Assembly (NCBI GenBank): GCA_040400605.1
Contig: JBBAPZ010000002.1
Coordinates: 187,750 to 225,078, forward strand
Length of the DNA stretch: 37,329 nucleotides
DNA from: Candidatus Sericytochromatia bacterium
GTDB lineage: Bacteria > Cyanobacteriota > Sericytochromatia > S15B-MN24 > JAQBPE01
Direction: 5' to 3'
The notes under the pieces: model-generated
What the model saw: the letters and a program-made list of their open reading frames with translations, nothing else
Told to the model about the DNA's origin: nothing
Database searches by the model: none
Position numbers and translations under genes: made by a program
In this document: positions 18,594 to 28,273 of the stretch, piece after piece
Numbering within the stretch: the first letter of the stretch is position 1
Layout: every line of letters begins with the position of its first letter

Positions 18594-18614
18594 GGGAATG
18601 GGTGGAAACAAGCG

Positions 18615-19373
18615 ATGGGACAGGGTCAAACCATTCGTCTGGAGGATGTCTGTGTATCCTTTGGCGATCGCCAAATCCTCAAAGGCATCAACCTCGTTTT
18701 TCCCGCTGGTGAAACGAGCGTCGTCATTGGTCCTTCCGGTTGCGGCAAAAGCACCGTTTTACGCTTGGTGAGCGGCCTTTTGCAACCCACTTCCGGGCGC
18801 GTTTGGGTGGGCGATGTCGATATCACGCGCCTGACCCGGCAAGAGATGAAGGCATATCGACAAGGCCTCGGTTTTTTGTTTCAGGCTGGTGCACTCTTTG
18901 ATTCGATGACCGTGGCTGAAAATGTCGCCTTTTCGTTGACGGAGCACCTGCGTCTCTCCCAGGATGAGTTGGATCGCATTGTCAATGAAAAGCTTGCGAT
19001 CGTCGATTTGCCGGGTCTTGGGCATTTATACCCAGCCAATTTGTCCGGCGGGATGCAAAAACGTGTCAGTCTCGCACGGGCGATCGCCAGGGACCCATCG
19101 CTGATTCTGTACGATGAGCCAACAACGGGACTCGATCCGATCACCAGCACGGTCATTGAAAGCCTGATCGTTCGCCTCACCCGTGACACCCGGGCCACCT
19201 CAATCGTGGTCACCCACCAGCATAGCACCATTTACTGCGGTGATCGGATCACCATGCTCTACCAGGGGCAAGTGGTCGGTACCGGCACGCCCGATGACAT
19301 GCGCCAAACCCAGGTCCCCTTGATACGCAATTTTCTGGACGGCCGCGTCACGACGGACCTGACCGGCGCGTGA
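18615..19373 (+). CDS. mlaF: MlaF/Mkl-family ABC ATPase
   Basis: GPSGCGKS, FQAGALFDSMTV, LSGGMQKRV, LYDEPTTGLDPI. Confidence 0.93.
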   Translation: MGQGQTIRLEDVCVSFGDRQILKGINLVFPAGETSVVIGPSGCGKSTVLRLVSGLLQPTSGRVWVGDVDITRLTRQEMKAYRQGLGFLFQAGALFDSMTVAENVAFSLTEHLRLSQDELDRIVNEKLAIVDLPGLGHLYPANLSGGMQKRVSLARAIARDPSLILYDEPTTGLDPITSTVIESLIVRLTRDTRATSIVVTHQHSTIYCGDRITMLYQGQVVGTGTPDDMRQTQVPLIRNFLDGRVTTDLTGA

Positions 19374-19416
19374 GGAAGCGCCAATTCGGGTACAAGGGTG
19401 GCAAACGGGCGGAGAA

Positions 19417-20868
19417 ATGTCCGTATCAGAAAGGATGACGCGCGTCATGGTCTTGAGTCCTGCCGCCAAGGTAGGTGCGGTTACCCTCGTTTCGGTTGTG
19501 GCATTGGCTGTCGGCTTGAGTTGGCTGACAGGCATCAGTGTGGTGCGTCGTGGTTATGACTTTCAGGTGACCTTTCACGATGTTGCGGGTCTGATGCAAG
19601 GCGCAAACGTGCTCTTGATGGGTGTTAAAGTCGGCAAGGTCGTGGTCGTCACACCCCAAGCCCGCGAAGTGAATGTCCGCGTGCATATTTTTAGCGATGA
19701 CGTGCGCATCCTGAAATCATCACGATTTAAAATTATGTCCTTGGGTTTGATCGGTGAAAAAGCCCTGGAAATTTTTCCATCGGCGTCAAAGAACGGCCCA
19801 GGAGCAAAGGTTAAACCATCGGATACCGAATACGTGGCGCATCAATCGTTTGTGCGGGGCGAGGATCCCGCGCGACTGGAACTCGTCATGGATGAAGTGA
19901 CGCAGACCTTTGAAGCCTTGAAACAGAATGTCGATCCTGACAAGTTTAAGGCGCTGTTCGATCAGACGGCGGCCAATCTCGTCGAAACCACCACCATTAT
20001 CAAGCGTGTCGGCGAACGGGCTGAACGCGTGGTTGTAGGCTTCGAAAAGACACCCCGGGAACTGGAGCGACTACTCGCCACCACCAACCAGTTGTCAACG
20101 GACGCCGATCGCCTCGTTCAGGCCGTGAATCCCCAGGATGTGCAACGCATCCTGCAAGATGTCCGCGCGTTGTCGCGGGGTTTGTTACTCAGTTACCGGA
20201 CGATTTTCGGCGCAGAAGGACAACAGGCGGCCTACCAGCTGAAAGGTGACGTGCGCGGGATTTTAGGGCAAGTTGAACAATTGGTCACCAACCTTAACGC
20301 CGCCACGGGTGACCCACAAACCCGTGCGGACATGCGTGACACCATCCATAACATTCGGGACCTCACTGGTCGCTTGGCCCAGGCAGCATCGATCACGCAA
20401 CCGCAAGGCGTGGGCAATTTCACCCTCGAGCCACAGGTACAGGCTGTCGCTGCTTACACACCCAAGTTCCCCGGTATCCGTGGCAGTGAAACCAAATCCG
20501 GTGTTGCAGCCAATCTTGGGGTCCGGATGCGCCTCGGCTCAAACTCGGTGCTCGCCGGGATTGAACAACTGGGCGAGGGGAATTTCTTCAACCTGACACT
20601 GGGTGACCCCGTCGCTTGGGGCACGGCCGGGTATCACTTCGGCATGATTCGCAGCAAGGTCGGAGCCGGTCTGGATCTGGCCGTGAATCCCGCCTTGAGC
20701 CTGCACGCCCAAGCGTACGATCCCTTCGCGCCCACCCTGCGGTTGGGAGCTTTGTACTTCCCTGTAAAGGACAGTCCGTATGGCCTCACGGCACAGTGGG
20801 CCCGCGAGGTGGCTGAGGGCAACAATTATGCGTGGCTTGGCCTTGAATGGCGGCCCAACGGTCGTTGA
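19417..20868 (+). CDS. mlaD: Long MlaD/MCE protein: TM, MCE domain, long helical region and predicted C-terminal beta-barrel
   Basis: AKVG + TM, FHDVAGL..GANV.LMGVKVGKV, GLIGEKALEI, about 170 aa of helical linker, then a beta-rich C-terminus. The start may instead be ATG 19447. Confidence 0.88.
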   Translation: MSVSERMTRVMVLSPAAKVGAVTLVSVVALAVGLSWLTGISVVRRGYDFQVTFHDVAGLMQGANVLLMGVKVGKVVVVTPQAREVNVRVHIFSDDVRILKSSRFKIMSLGLIGEKALEIFPSASKNGPGAKVKPSDTEYVAHQSFVRGEDPARLELVMDEVTQTFEALKQNVDPDKFKALFDQTAANLVETTTIIKRVGERAERVVVGFEKTPRELERLLATTNQLSTDADRLVQAVNPQDVQRILQDVRALSRGLLLSYRTIFGAEGQQAAYQLKGDVRGILGQVEQLVTNLNAATGDPQTRADMRDTIHNIRDLTGRLAQAASITQPQGVGNFTLEPQVQAVAAYTPKFPGIRGSETKSGVAANLGVRMRLGSNSVLAGIEQLGEGNFFNLTLGDPVAWGTAGYHFGMIRSKVGAGLDLAVNPALSLHAQAYDPFAPTLRLGALYFPVKDSPYGLTAQWAREVAEGNNYAWLGLEWRPNGR

Positions 20869-21018
20869 AAGCTGCGTCGACAGCCTGATAGGGCAGGCGG
20901 GCAAAGGGGTGCACCAGACGCACCAATCATCGTGTAGAATCGTTATGGAGAACCGGCTAAATGCTGGGTGATGGCTGGGGTTGGTACCCTGGACGGTTGA
21001 TGAAAGCGTGCGGATTCC

Positions 21019-22935
21019 ATGTGCTTGCGTTTGAGTGACGTCTGTAAGGCGTATCCTTCCAAAACGCTGCTTGAGCGTGTTAACTGGCACATTGCGCCGA
21101 GACAACGCTGGGGTTTGGTTGGTCCCAATGGTGCCGGAAAATCAACTTTGTTTCAGTTGATTTTGCGTCAGAATGATCCTGACTCCGGGACGATTGTGCC
21201 GCGGCCCGGATTGGTTCTTGGCCACTTGGCACAGGAACTGCTGGGTGATCAAGGGCGCACCCTGCAAGCTGAAATGTGGGCGGCTTTTCCTGTGCTAATG
21301 GATCTTCAGGCAGCCATCACCGAACTCGAAACCCAATTGCAGCGATCAGGCCCAGACGATGATTTGGGGGTACTGATCCACGCGCAAAGTGAGGCACTCA
21401 CGAAGTGGGAACGCCTGGATGGCTACACCGTCGACGCGCGCATCGGGCGGGTGTTATCGGGTTTGGGGTTCAGTGAGGCGGATCGCCACCGCCTGGTTCG
21501 CTCCTTTTCCGGCGGTTGGCAAATGCGTGCCGCGCTCGCAAAACTGCTTTTACAGGAACCGGAACTGCTGCTGTTAGACGAACCAACCAACCACCTCGAT
21601 CTCCAGGCTATCCAGTGGCTTGAGTCTTACCTCGCCGATTATCGCGGTGCCTTGATCGTCATTTCCCACGATCGCCACTTTCTGGATGCCGTTACCACCC
21701 ACACAGCCGAACTGGATAGTGGCGCCCTCACCACCTACACAGGGGCCTACAGCCAATACCGCATCCAGCGCAAAGAGCGACGCGAGGCCCAACTGGTCGC
21801 CTTTAACCGGCAACAGGCCGAAATCACCCGCCTTGAAACCTACATCAATCGTTTCAGAGCCAGCGCCACACGTTCGTCGCAAGCCAAAAGCCGAGAAAAA
21901 CAATTGGATAAACTCGAAAGGCTGGAAGCGCCCAAAACCGAGTCGTCCGCCGCCCGCTTTCAATTCAGCAAGGCACCACCCTCCGGTCGGATCGTTCTCA
22001 CACTGAACGATGTGAGTAAAGGGTATGACGGTCAGCCCTTGTTTCGGATACCGAGACTGGAAATCGAACGCGGCATGCGCCTTGCCATCGTGGGGCCCAA
22101 CGGTGCCGGCAAGTCCACCCTCCTGCGACTGCTGGCCCAACAGGAAAAACCGGACACTGGCGAACTGTCCTTTGGCTTGCGGGTGCTTCCAGGCTATTTT
22201 TCGCAGAACCAAACTGAAAGCCTGGCCCCCGACGCAACCGTCATCGATGAAGCCTATGAAGTCGATGAAACCGCAACGCTTGCCCGTATTCGCAGTTTGC
22301 TCGCCTGCCTGCTGTTTACCGGTGATGATGTCTTCAAACCGGTTCGGATGCTTTCAGGCGGTGAACGCAGCCGCCTGGCCCTGGCCAAACTGCTGCTGCG
22401 GCCACTCAATGTGCTCTTGCTTGATGAGCCCACCAATCACCTCGACCTCGCTGCCAAAGAAGAACTGGCGGAAGCGTTGACTCAGTTTGATGGCACCTTG
22501 GTCTTCATCTCGCACGATCGCCACTTCCTCGATACGGTCGCTACCCACATCCTGCATGTCGAAGATGGCACGCATCAACTCCACCTTGGTCATTACAGTG
22601 CATTTTTGGCCACTAAAACACGCGTGGAGGCCCAAACGGTTTCAAAACCCACCAGACCCGCAACCGGTGCGAACGAGAAGCCAGGCACGCCCGCCAAACC
22701 AACCAAGCCGAGTTATAAGCAAGCCCAAACCCTGCAGGCGCTTGAAGCGCGCATCCTCAGTCTGGAACAGCGCCTCGCCGAACTGGAAGTCCAAATGGCC
22801 TTGCCTGACACCTATCAGGACGCAGAGCGTGCGCAACGCGTTCAAAGCGATTACGACGACACCAAAGCAGCTTTGGAAGCAGCCAATGAGAGTTGGTGCA
22901 GCCTGGTTGATGAGATGGGACAATCCGGGTCCTGA
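21019..22935 (+). CDS. ABC-F family ATP-binding protein (YheS/Uup-like)
   Basis: Two ABC cassettes (GPNGAGKS twice, FSGGWQMR, LSGGERSR, DEPTNHLD twice), no TM segments, C-terminal coiled coil. Confidence 0.95.
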   Translation: MCLRLSDVCKAYPSKTLLERVNWHIAPRQRWGLVGPNGAGKSTLFQLILRQNDPDSGTIVPRPGLVLGHLAQELLGDQGRTLQAEMWAAFPVLMDLQAAITELETQLQRSGPDDDLGVLIHAQSEALTKWERLDGYTVDARIGRVLSGLGFSEADRHRLVRSFSGGWQMRAALAKLLLQEPELLLLDEPTNHLDLQAIQWLESYLADYRGALIVISHDRHFLDAVTTHTAELDSGALTTYTGAYSQYRIQRKERREAQLVAFNRQQAEITRLETYINRFRASATRSSQAKSREKQLDKLERLEAPKTESSAARFQFSKAPPSGRIVLTLNDVSKGYDGQPLFRIPRLEIERGMRLAIVGPNGAGKSTLLRLLAQQEKPDTGELSFGLRVLPGYFSQNQTESLAPDATVIDEAYEVDETATLARIRSLLACLLFTGDDVFKPVRMLSGGERSRLALAKLLLRPLNVLLLDEPTNHLDLAAKEELAEALTQFDGTLVFISHDRHFLDTVATHILHVEDGTHQLHLGHYSAFLATKTRVEAQTVSKPTRPATGANEKPGTPAKPTKPSYKQAQTLQALEARILSLEQRLAELEVQMALPDTYQDAERAQRVQSDYDDTKAALEAANESWCSLVDEMGQSGS

Positions 22936-22949
22936 AGGAGGAACGCGGC

Positions 22950-23717
22950 ATGACTGACCACGTCGCTGTGGCACTGAAAGACGGCATTCTTGCACTCACC
23001 TTGCAACGAGCCGAAAAGAAAAACGCACTGACGGATGAGATGTATCAAGCCCTGTTTGAGGGATTTGAGCGCGCGAGACAAGACACAGCGATTCGTTGTG
23101 TGCTGTTGGGTGGGTCTGATGGCTGTTTTACCAGCGGCAATGATCTGGTTGGATTCTCGAAATGGGGTGATGTGGGGTGTACGCTGGATACGCTCCCGGT
23201 TGTGCGCCTGATGCGTTCCTTGATCACTTTTGACAAGCCCATCGTTTGTGCGGTGGAAGGGCTGGCGATTGGTTTTGGCACCACGGTGCTGATGCATTGT
23301 GACTTGGTGGTGAGCGCGCGCAATGCACGTTTTCAGATGCCTTTTGTGCGTTTGGGTCTGGTTCCGGAGTTTGGCAGCACCCTGCTTCTGCCTTGGCTGG
23401 CAGGCCGCGCCCAAGCAGCGCGTTTTGGCTTGCTGGGGGAGCCGTTTGGCAGCGATGAGGCTTTACAGATGGGGCTAGTCAGTCACGTTGTCGATAACGA
23501 TGCAGTGGCTGAGGTGGCACACTACTTGGCGCGGCAGTTGACAGCTTTACCGCCTCAGGCCGCCTGGCGCACCAAAGCCTTGATGCGCCAAGGTTTTGGT
23601 GCGCAACAACTGAATGCGGCGATTGATGCTGAGATTGAGCACTTTGGAGAGTGCCTGCGCGGTGATGAGCACAAGCAAGCGCTACAAGGCCTGGCAAGGC
23701 GCGGACCGCAGCCTTGA
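22950..23717 (+). CDS. Enoyl-CoA hydratase/isomerase family protein
   Basis: RAEKKNAL, FTSGND, KPIVCAVEGLAIGFG, PFVRLGLVPEFGS. RBS AAGGAGG. Confidence 0.93.
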   Translation: MTDHVAVALKDGILALTLQRAEKKNALTDEMYQALFEGFERARQDTAIRCVLLGGSDGCFTSGNDLVGFSKWGDVGCTLDTLPVVRLMRSLITFDKPIVCAVEGLAIGFGTTVLMHCDLVVSARNARFQMPFVRLGLVPEFGSTLLLPWLAGRAQAARFGLLGEPFGSDEALQMGLVSHVVDNDAVAEVAHYLARQLTALPPQAAWRTKALMRQGFGAQQLNAAIDAEIEHFGECLRGDEHKQALQGLARRGPQP

Positions 23718-23728
23718 ATTGCGCGTCA

Positions 23729-24502
23729 TCAAAGAAGCGCTAGCGACGTACGGACGGCCTCGATGCGGCTGAGTTCCCAATCGCTCCAGTGACCGGGTTC
23801 CAAGCGGATTCCGAGTGCGTTCTCAAATCCGAATACCCACGCTGCTACCAGTTCGTCCCAGTCGGGCGCACGGTGAAGCACTTGGTCAAGGGAGCGCACG
23901 GAGGCCACTGAACCCTCTTCGAAGACTTGCCCGTAAAGCGGAAGGGGCGAAACCCGATAGAGTGTGCCGTGCTGCAAGACGGTGCGGTCACGGCGTAATT
24001 GCGCGCTGCCGATCAGTTTGCTTCCCTGACAGGCGAGGTCGGCTTGGCTGGTGGTCCCAAAACAATCCAATGACCGTGGTTTGTCTGGCACCGGTAACGG
24101 GGCACGCACCTGTAACCCGGTGACACCCAGATGATTCAGGGCTGATTCCAAGGCTGCGGCAATGAAACGATAAGAGGCGGTGACTGAGGCGGGTGCGTGA
24201 TCCAACACCACAGCGTACGTGAAATCAGATGCGTGAAGCACCAAGCGCCCGCCCGTGACACGGCGAACGCGCATCACACCCGTTGCTTTGGCGCGCTCGG
24301 CATAGAGGTTTGGCGTTTGCGCACGACCCAAACTCAGTGTGGGACGCTCCCAGCGATACAGGCGCAAGCTCGGGGGACTGATGCCAAGGCGCAATGCTTC
24401 CAAGGCCGCCTCATCAGCTGCCATGTTCCAATCGGCTGGCTTTGGTGGATCCACCAGCAAACGCCACGCCGTCAAACCCTCAAAGCGCACTTTCAAGGGC
24501 AC
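23729..24502 (-). CDS. Lipoate-protein ligase A family / octanoyltransferase LipM-like
   Basis: NMAADEA, LRLYRW..PTLSLG, VRRVTGGRLVLH, KLIGSAQ, LQHG. Confidence 0.9.
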   Translation of the reverse strand: MPLKVRFEGLTAWRLLVDPPKPADWNMAADEAALEALRLGISPPSLRLYRWERPTLSLGRAQTPNLYAERAKATGVMRVRRVTGGRLVLHASDFTYAVVLDHAPASVTASYRFIAAALESALNHLGVTGLQVRAPLPVPDKPRSLDCFGTTSQADLACQGSKLIGSAQLRRDRTVLQHGTLYRVSPLPLYGQVFEEGSVASVRSLDQVLHRAPDWDELVAAWVFGFENALGIRLEPGHWSDWELSRIEAVRTSLALL

Positions 24503-25334
24503 TTCGCAAATCGCTGCCTAACTCCGTGTGGGCATAAATTGTCGTCGTATCAATCCGGCGGTGTCCCAGTAACTTTTGAATCTTGTCAATCGACACCTTA
24601 CGGTTGATCAAGCGAGTCGCAAACGTGTGCCGCAACTTATGGCAACTGAAATGCCGATGGCCCAGCCCGGCGCGCTGCAAAACAGCCTTGACCGTTTTAT
24701 AGACACTATCATAGCTGAGACGCCGGTTGTGTGTATGCAATGACACGAACAACGCGCCCCTTCCGACCGGATGGATGGCAATCCACGCAACCAATGCCTG
24801 ATGGAGCGCCTCGCTGATCGGCAACATCCGCTCCCGCCGTCCCTTGCCGAAAACGCGCATCTCCCGATCATCCAGGAACAGATCCTCAATGTCCAATCCC
24901 ACCAACTCGCCAGCACGCATCCCGGTGTAATACAAACACTTCACCATGGCCGCTTCACGGCAATCCACCGGTGTCCGGGTATTCAGGCTTTCAAGCAAGG
25001 TTTGTACCTGCGCCGCGTTCAAGTAAATCGGCAAGCGTTCCTCCACCTTGGGCGGCTCGAAGTTGCCGGTTGGGTCAATCGTCACCACGCGGGCACGCAA
25101 GCAATGGTTGAAAAACCCGCGCAAAGAAGCCTGCTTGCGCCTGACCGTCGTTCCTTTGATCCCTTTGCGCGCCAACCCTGCCAGGTAAACTTCCAGCTCC
25201 TGATGGGTTGCCTCGTGCAAAGGCCGCCCCAAACTCTGCTGCGCCTGCCTCAAATCAAGACCGTAACACCGCAAGGTGTGCGCCGAAAAGTTCTTTAACT
25301 TCAAACGGTCCAGATAATCCGCTATATAATCCAT
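24480..25334 (-). CDS. XerC/XerD-like tyrosine recombinase
   Basis: N-terminal SAM-like domain and intact catalytic set: TGMRAGEL (R), GKG (K), HKLRH, LLGH, TTIY. ATG 25334 follows AAGGTGG. Confidence 0.9.
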   Translation of the reverse strand: MDYIADYLDRLKLKNFSAHTLRCYGLDLRQAQQSLGRPLHEATHQELEVYLAGLARKGIKGTTVRRKQASLRGFFNHCLRARVVTIDPTGNFEPPKVEERLPIYLNAAQVQTLLESLNTRTPVDCREAAMVKCLYYTGMRAGELVGLDIEDLFLDDREMRVFGKGRRERMLPISEALHQALVAWIAIHPVGRGALFVSLHTHNRRLSYDSVYKTVKAVLQRAGLGHRHFSCHKLRHTFATRLINRKVSIDKIQKLLGHRRIDTTTIYAHTELGSDLRSALESAL

Positions 25335-25664
25335 AGCCACCTTGCCCACTAGGTACAGGAACCCCAGATTCCAGATAAACACGTCGCAGAGCCATTAAAC
25401 GCTGCCCGGATAATCGGGTCAAGAGCGATCCATCACAAGATGGGTACAGGCAGGCAAGAGCCGCCTCTCCGAACACATGGTTGGCCCAACGCATCACACC
25501 AATGATGTTATGACGATTGTTAACAAAAGTTTACAATGACGCAGGTTTAGGGTTTGTCTTGTTTCAAGGTGATGGATGGCACAGATACGACTTCGCGAAG
25601 GTTGTTAATGTACACCCCGGGTGCTAAGCTGACTCTATCAGTTTGAACTCAGACTCTAGGAGAG

Positions 25665-26369
25665 ATGACAGACGGTACAGTGACACCAATTCTGGAACGG
25701 TATCGGGTGTTGCAAGCGCGCATCGAGGCGGTGCTGGCACACGTGGGCCGAACGAGGGATTCACTCACATTGGTCGCGATCAGCAAGTATGCTCGAACAG
25801 AGCAAATGCGGACGTTGATTGATGCCGGGCTTGGAGACTTCGGTGAGAATCGGGTGCAAGAGGCGTTGTTAAAGCAACAGACACTTGCGGGTTGTGCGAT
25901 CGAGTGGCATTTCACCGGGCATTTGCAGGTCAACAAAGTCAAACGGGTTGTTGGGGCGTTTGCCTTGATTCATTCGGTGGACTCGTTGCACCTCGCGGAG
26001 GCTTTGAACCGGGAAGCGTTGCGGCGCGGTTTGGTTCAATCGATTCTGGTTCAATTTAACGTATCACGGGAGCTTACCAAACAGGGGGTTCCGGTTGAGC
26101 AGGCTATTGAGGTCGTTGCGACGATCGCGAATCAAATGCCGGGCTTGCGGGTGATGGGGTTCATGGCGATGGCGCCTCAGACGGTGGACTCAGAGATATC
26201 GAGAGCGTGCTTCAGGGAACTGCGAGCGTTACGGGATCGATGTCAGGCAAGGATGCCGGCTGGGGTACTTCTTCAGCACCTTTCAATGGGAATGACACAG
26301 GATTTCGAGGTAGCCATTGAAGAGGGCGCCACGATGATTCGAATCGGTTCAGGACTGTTTGTGGATTGA
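25665..26369 (+). CDS. yggS: PLP homeostasis protein YggS/PipY
   Basis: LVAISK, FGENRVQE, WHFTGHLQVNK, IHSVDS, LSMGMTQDFEVAIEEGATMIRIGS. Confidence 0.96.
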   Translation: MTDGTVTPILERYRVLQARIEAVLAHVGRTRDSLTLVAISKYARTEQMRTLIDAGLGDFGENRVQEALLKQQTLAGCAIEWHFTGHLQVNKVKRVVGAFALIHSVDSLHLAEALNREALRRGLVQSILVQFNVSRELTKQGVPVEQAIEVVATIANQMPGLRVMGFMAMAPQTVDSEISRACFRELRALRDRCQARMPAGVLLQHLSMGMTQDFEVAIEEGATMIRIGSGLFVD

Positions 26370-26441
26370 TTGATTGCGGGCTTGTCACGGCGGTCCGTTT
26401 TGGTAATGATTCACCATCGCCAGAGCACCAAGGAGGAGTTT

Positions 26442-26948
26442 ATGAGCGCCGAACTTTGGAACAGCGTCAAAAAGGTTATTGGAATTGATGCTTACGAAGA
26501 AGAGGATGATGTGACGGAAGATTACTCGTCAGCGACTTCGAATCCGGAGCTTGCCAAGCCCGCCAGTCGCACCATGCGTCCCAGCCAGGGGTCGGCGTCC
26601 GTGCCTGGTCATCGGATGGGAGGTAACATCAGTGTGTTGCCTACGTCGACCAGTTCCGAGGTTGTTGTGATCGAACCGCGCTCGTTTGACGAAGCGTTGG
26701 GTATTTTGGACAATTTGCGCACCCGCAAGGCTGTCATTCTGAATCTGTTGGGTTTGGCGCCGGATCAATCGCAACGGCTGGTGGATTTCGTGTCGGGGGC
26801 GTGCCACGCATTGGATGGTCATCAAGAGAAGATTGGTGAGTCAATTTTCTTGTTCACGCCGTCGAATGTGGTTATTAATACCTTCCATTCCGATCGGGAT
26901 TGGATGGGCAATCAGCAGCCCAAGGATTTGTTCTGGCGCGTGAGGTAA
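26442..26948 (+). CDS. sepF: Cell division protein SepF
   Basis: EVVVIEPRSFDEA, VILNL, QRLVDFVSG, IGESIFLFTPSNV. ATG 26442 follows AGGAGG. Confidence 0.95.
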   Translation: MSAELWNSVKKVIGIDAYEEEDDVTEDYSSATSNPELAKPASRTMRPSQGSASVPGHRMGGNISVLPTSTSSEVVVIEPRSFDEALGILDNLRTRKAVILNLLGLAPDQSQRLVDFVSGACHALDGHQEKIGESIFLFTPSNVVINTFHSDRDWMGNQQPKDLFWRVR

Positions 26949-26951
26949 GCG

Positions 26952-27776
26952 TTGAGCACGGCGCCCAGATTGAGTGTTATCGGTGGCGGCGCGATGGGTG
27001 AGGCGCTGTTGCGCGGCGTCCTCGCGCGTGGTCTTTATGAACCAGCTGATATTTTGATCAGCGACCCGCTCGATACTCGTCGCGCTTACCTGAACAATGA
27101 GTTTGGGATATCGGTGACGGCGCACAACCGTGCATGTTTGGCAGCGCCGCTGATTATTTTGGCGGTTAAACCCAACAATTTGGCGGGTGTTCTGGATGGG
27201 TTTCGCGCTTGCTGGCCCCCCGACGCACTGCTTGTCTCGATTCTGGCGGGAAAAACGCTTGCGGATATTGCTACGAGCTTGCCTGAAAACGCCGCCGTGG
27301 TGCGTGTGATGCCGAACACCCCCGCCCTGATTGGGTGGGGTATGGCTGCTCTGGCGGCGAATTCGGCGACGCGCCCGGAGCAAAAGCAGGCTGCGATCAC
27401 GCTGTTTGAGGCTGTAGGCGAGGTCGTTGAACTACCAGAGGCTTATTTTGACAGTGTGACGGGATTGTCGGGTAGCGGACCCGCCTATGTTTTTTTGATG
27501 ATTGAAGCGTTAATCGAGGCCGGTGTGTACCAAGGCCTGCCCCGCCGGGTTGCGCGCCAGTTGGTGCTGCAAACGGTCTTGGGTGCGGCACGGATGGTTA
27601 AGGAAACGGATCACCACCCCGCCGAGCTGAAAGAACAGGTGACGTCACCGGGAGGAACCACTGCGGCGGGGCTTCAGGTGCTTGAAGCGGCCGCTATCCG
27701 ATCGATTCTGATTCAGGCGGTGCAAGCCGCGACGTTGCGGTCGCGCGCCCTTTCTAGCGCACAGACCGGTATTTGA
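26952..27776 (+). CDS. proC: Pyrroline-5-carboxylate reductase
   Basis: IGGGAMG, LAVKP, VRVMPNTP, TGLSGSGPAY, VTSPGGTT. Confidence 0.97.
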   Translation: MSTAPRLSVIGGGAMGEALLRGVLARGLYEPADILISDPLDTRRAYLNNEFGISVTAHNRACLAAPLIILAVKPNNLAGVLDGFRACWPPDALLVSILAGKTLADIATSLPENAAVVRVMPNTPALIGWGMAALAANSATRPEQKQAAITLFEAVGEVVELPEAYFDSVTGLSGSGPAYVFLMIEALIEAGVYQGLPRRVARQLVLQTVLGAARMVKETDHHPAELKEQVTSPGGTTAAGLQVLEAAAIRSILIQAVQAATLRSRALSSAQTGI

Positions 27777-27809
27777 CACCTCACCACCCACGCCAAAGGA
27801 TTTCATTCG

Positions 27810-28091
27810 ATGCCCATACAGCCGTTTGTCTCTGCGCTCGATGTCATCATTCAACTGGTGATTGTCCTCATCATCGTACGTGCCGTGATGAGCTTTTTTC
27901 CACAGGTCGATCCGCACCACCCGCTGCTGCGCACCATCGATCAGATCATTCACCCCATCATGGCCCCCTTTCAGCGCCTGATGCCCCCGGTAGGCGGCAT
28001 CGATTTGTCGCCGATCCTCGCCATCACCACCTTGCAATTGCTGGAGCGCCTCTTGATTCTGCTCATCGGCAGTGCATCCCAAGCCCTTTGA
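27810..28091 (+). CDS. yggT: YggT/YlmG family membrane protein
   Basis: IIVRAVMSFFP...PIMAPFQRLMPPVGGIDLSPI; typical sepF neighbourhood. Confidence 0.92.
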   Translation: MPIQPFVSALDVIIQLVIVLIIVRAVMSFFPQVDPHHPLLRTIDQIIHPIMAPFQRLMPPVGGIDLSPILAITTLQLLERLLILLIGSASQAL

Positions 28092-28273
28092 TGCCCGTAA
28101 CGCCCGTTCGACACCCGATAAAATCAAAGACCGCTTGAAACACCGTTTGGATATTCGTTTCAGGGCTCCCATACAATGACGTATCGGTTCCTGTTTACAA
28201 ATTGCGAAGCTAATTCAAACCTGTGACGCACTCACGCGATGTTATTGAACAACACTCAAAATTTGATCACCAC

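Noticed and set aside
25495..25545. dif site near the Xer-like gene
   Set aside because: AT-rich dyads are present, but nothing matches the 11-6-11 dif layout with a TTATGTTAAAT-like arm.
24480..28270. Integrative element bounded by TACAATGACG direct repeats (25532 and 28172)
   Set aside because: Only 10 bp, it encloses core housekeeping genes and excludes the recombinase; compatible with chance.
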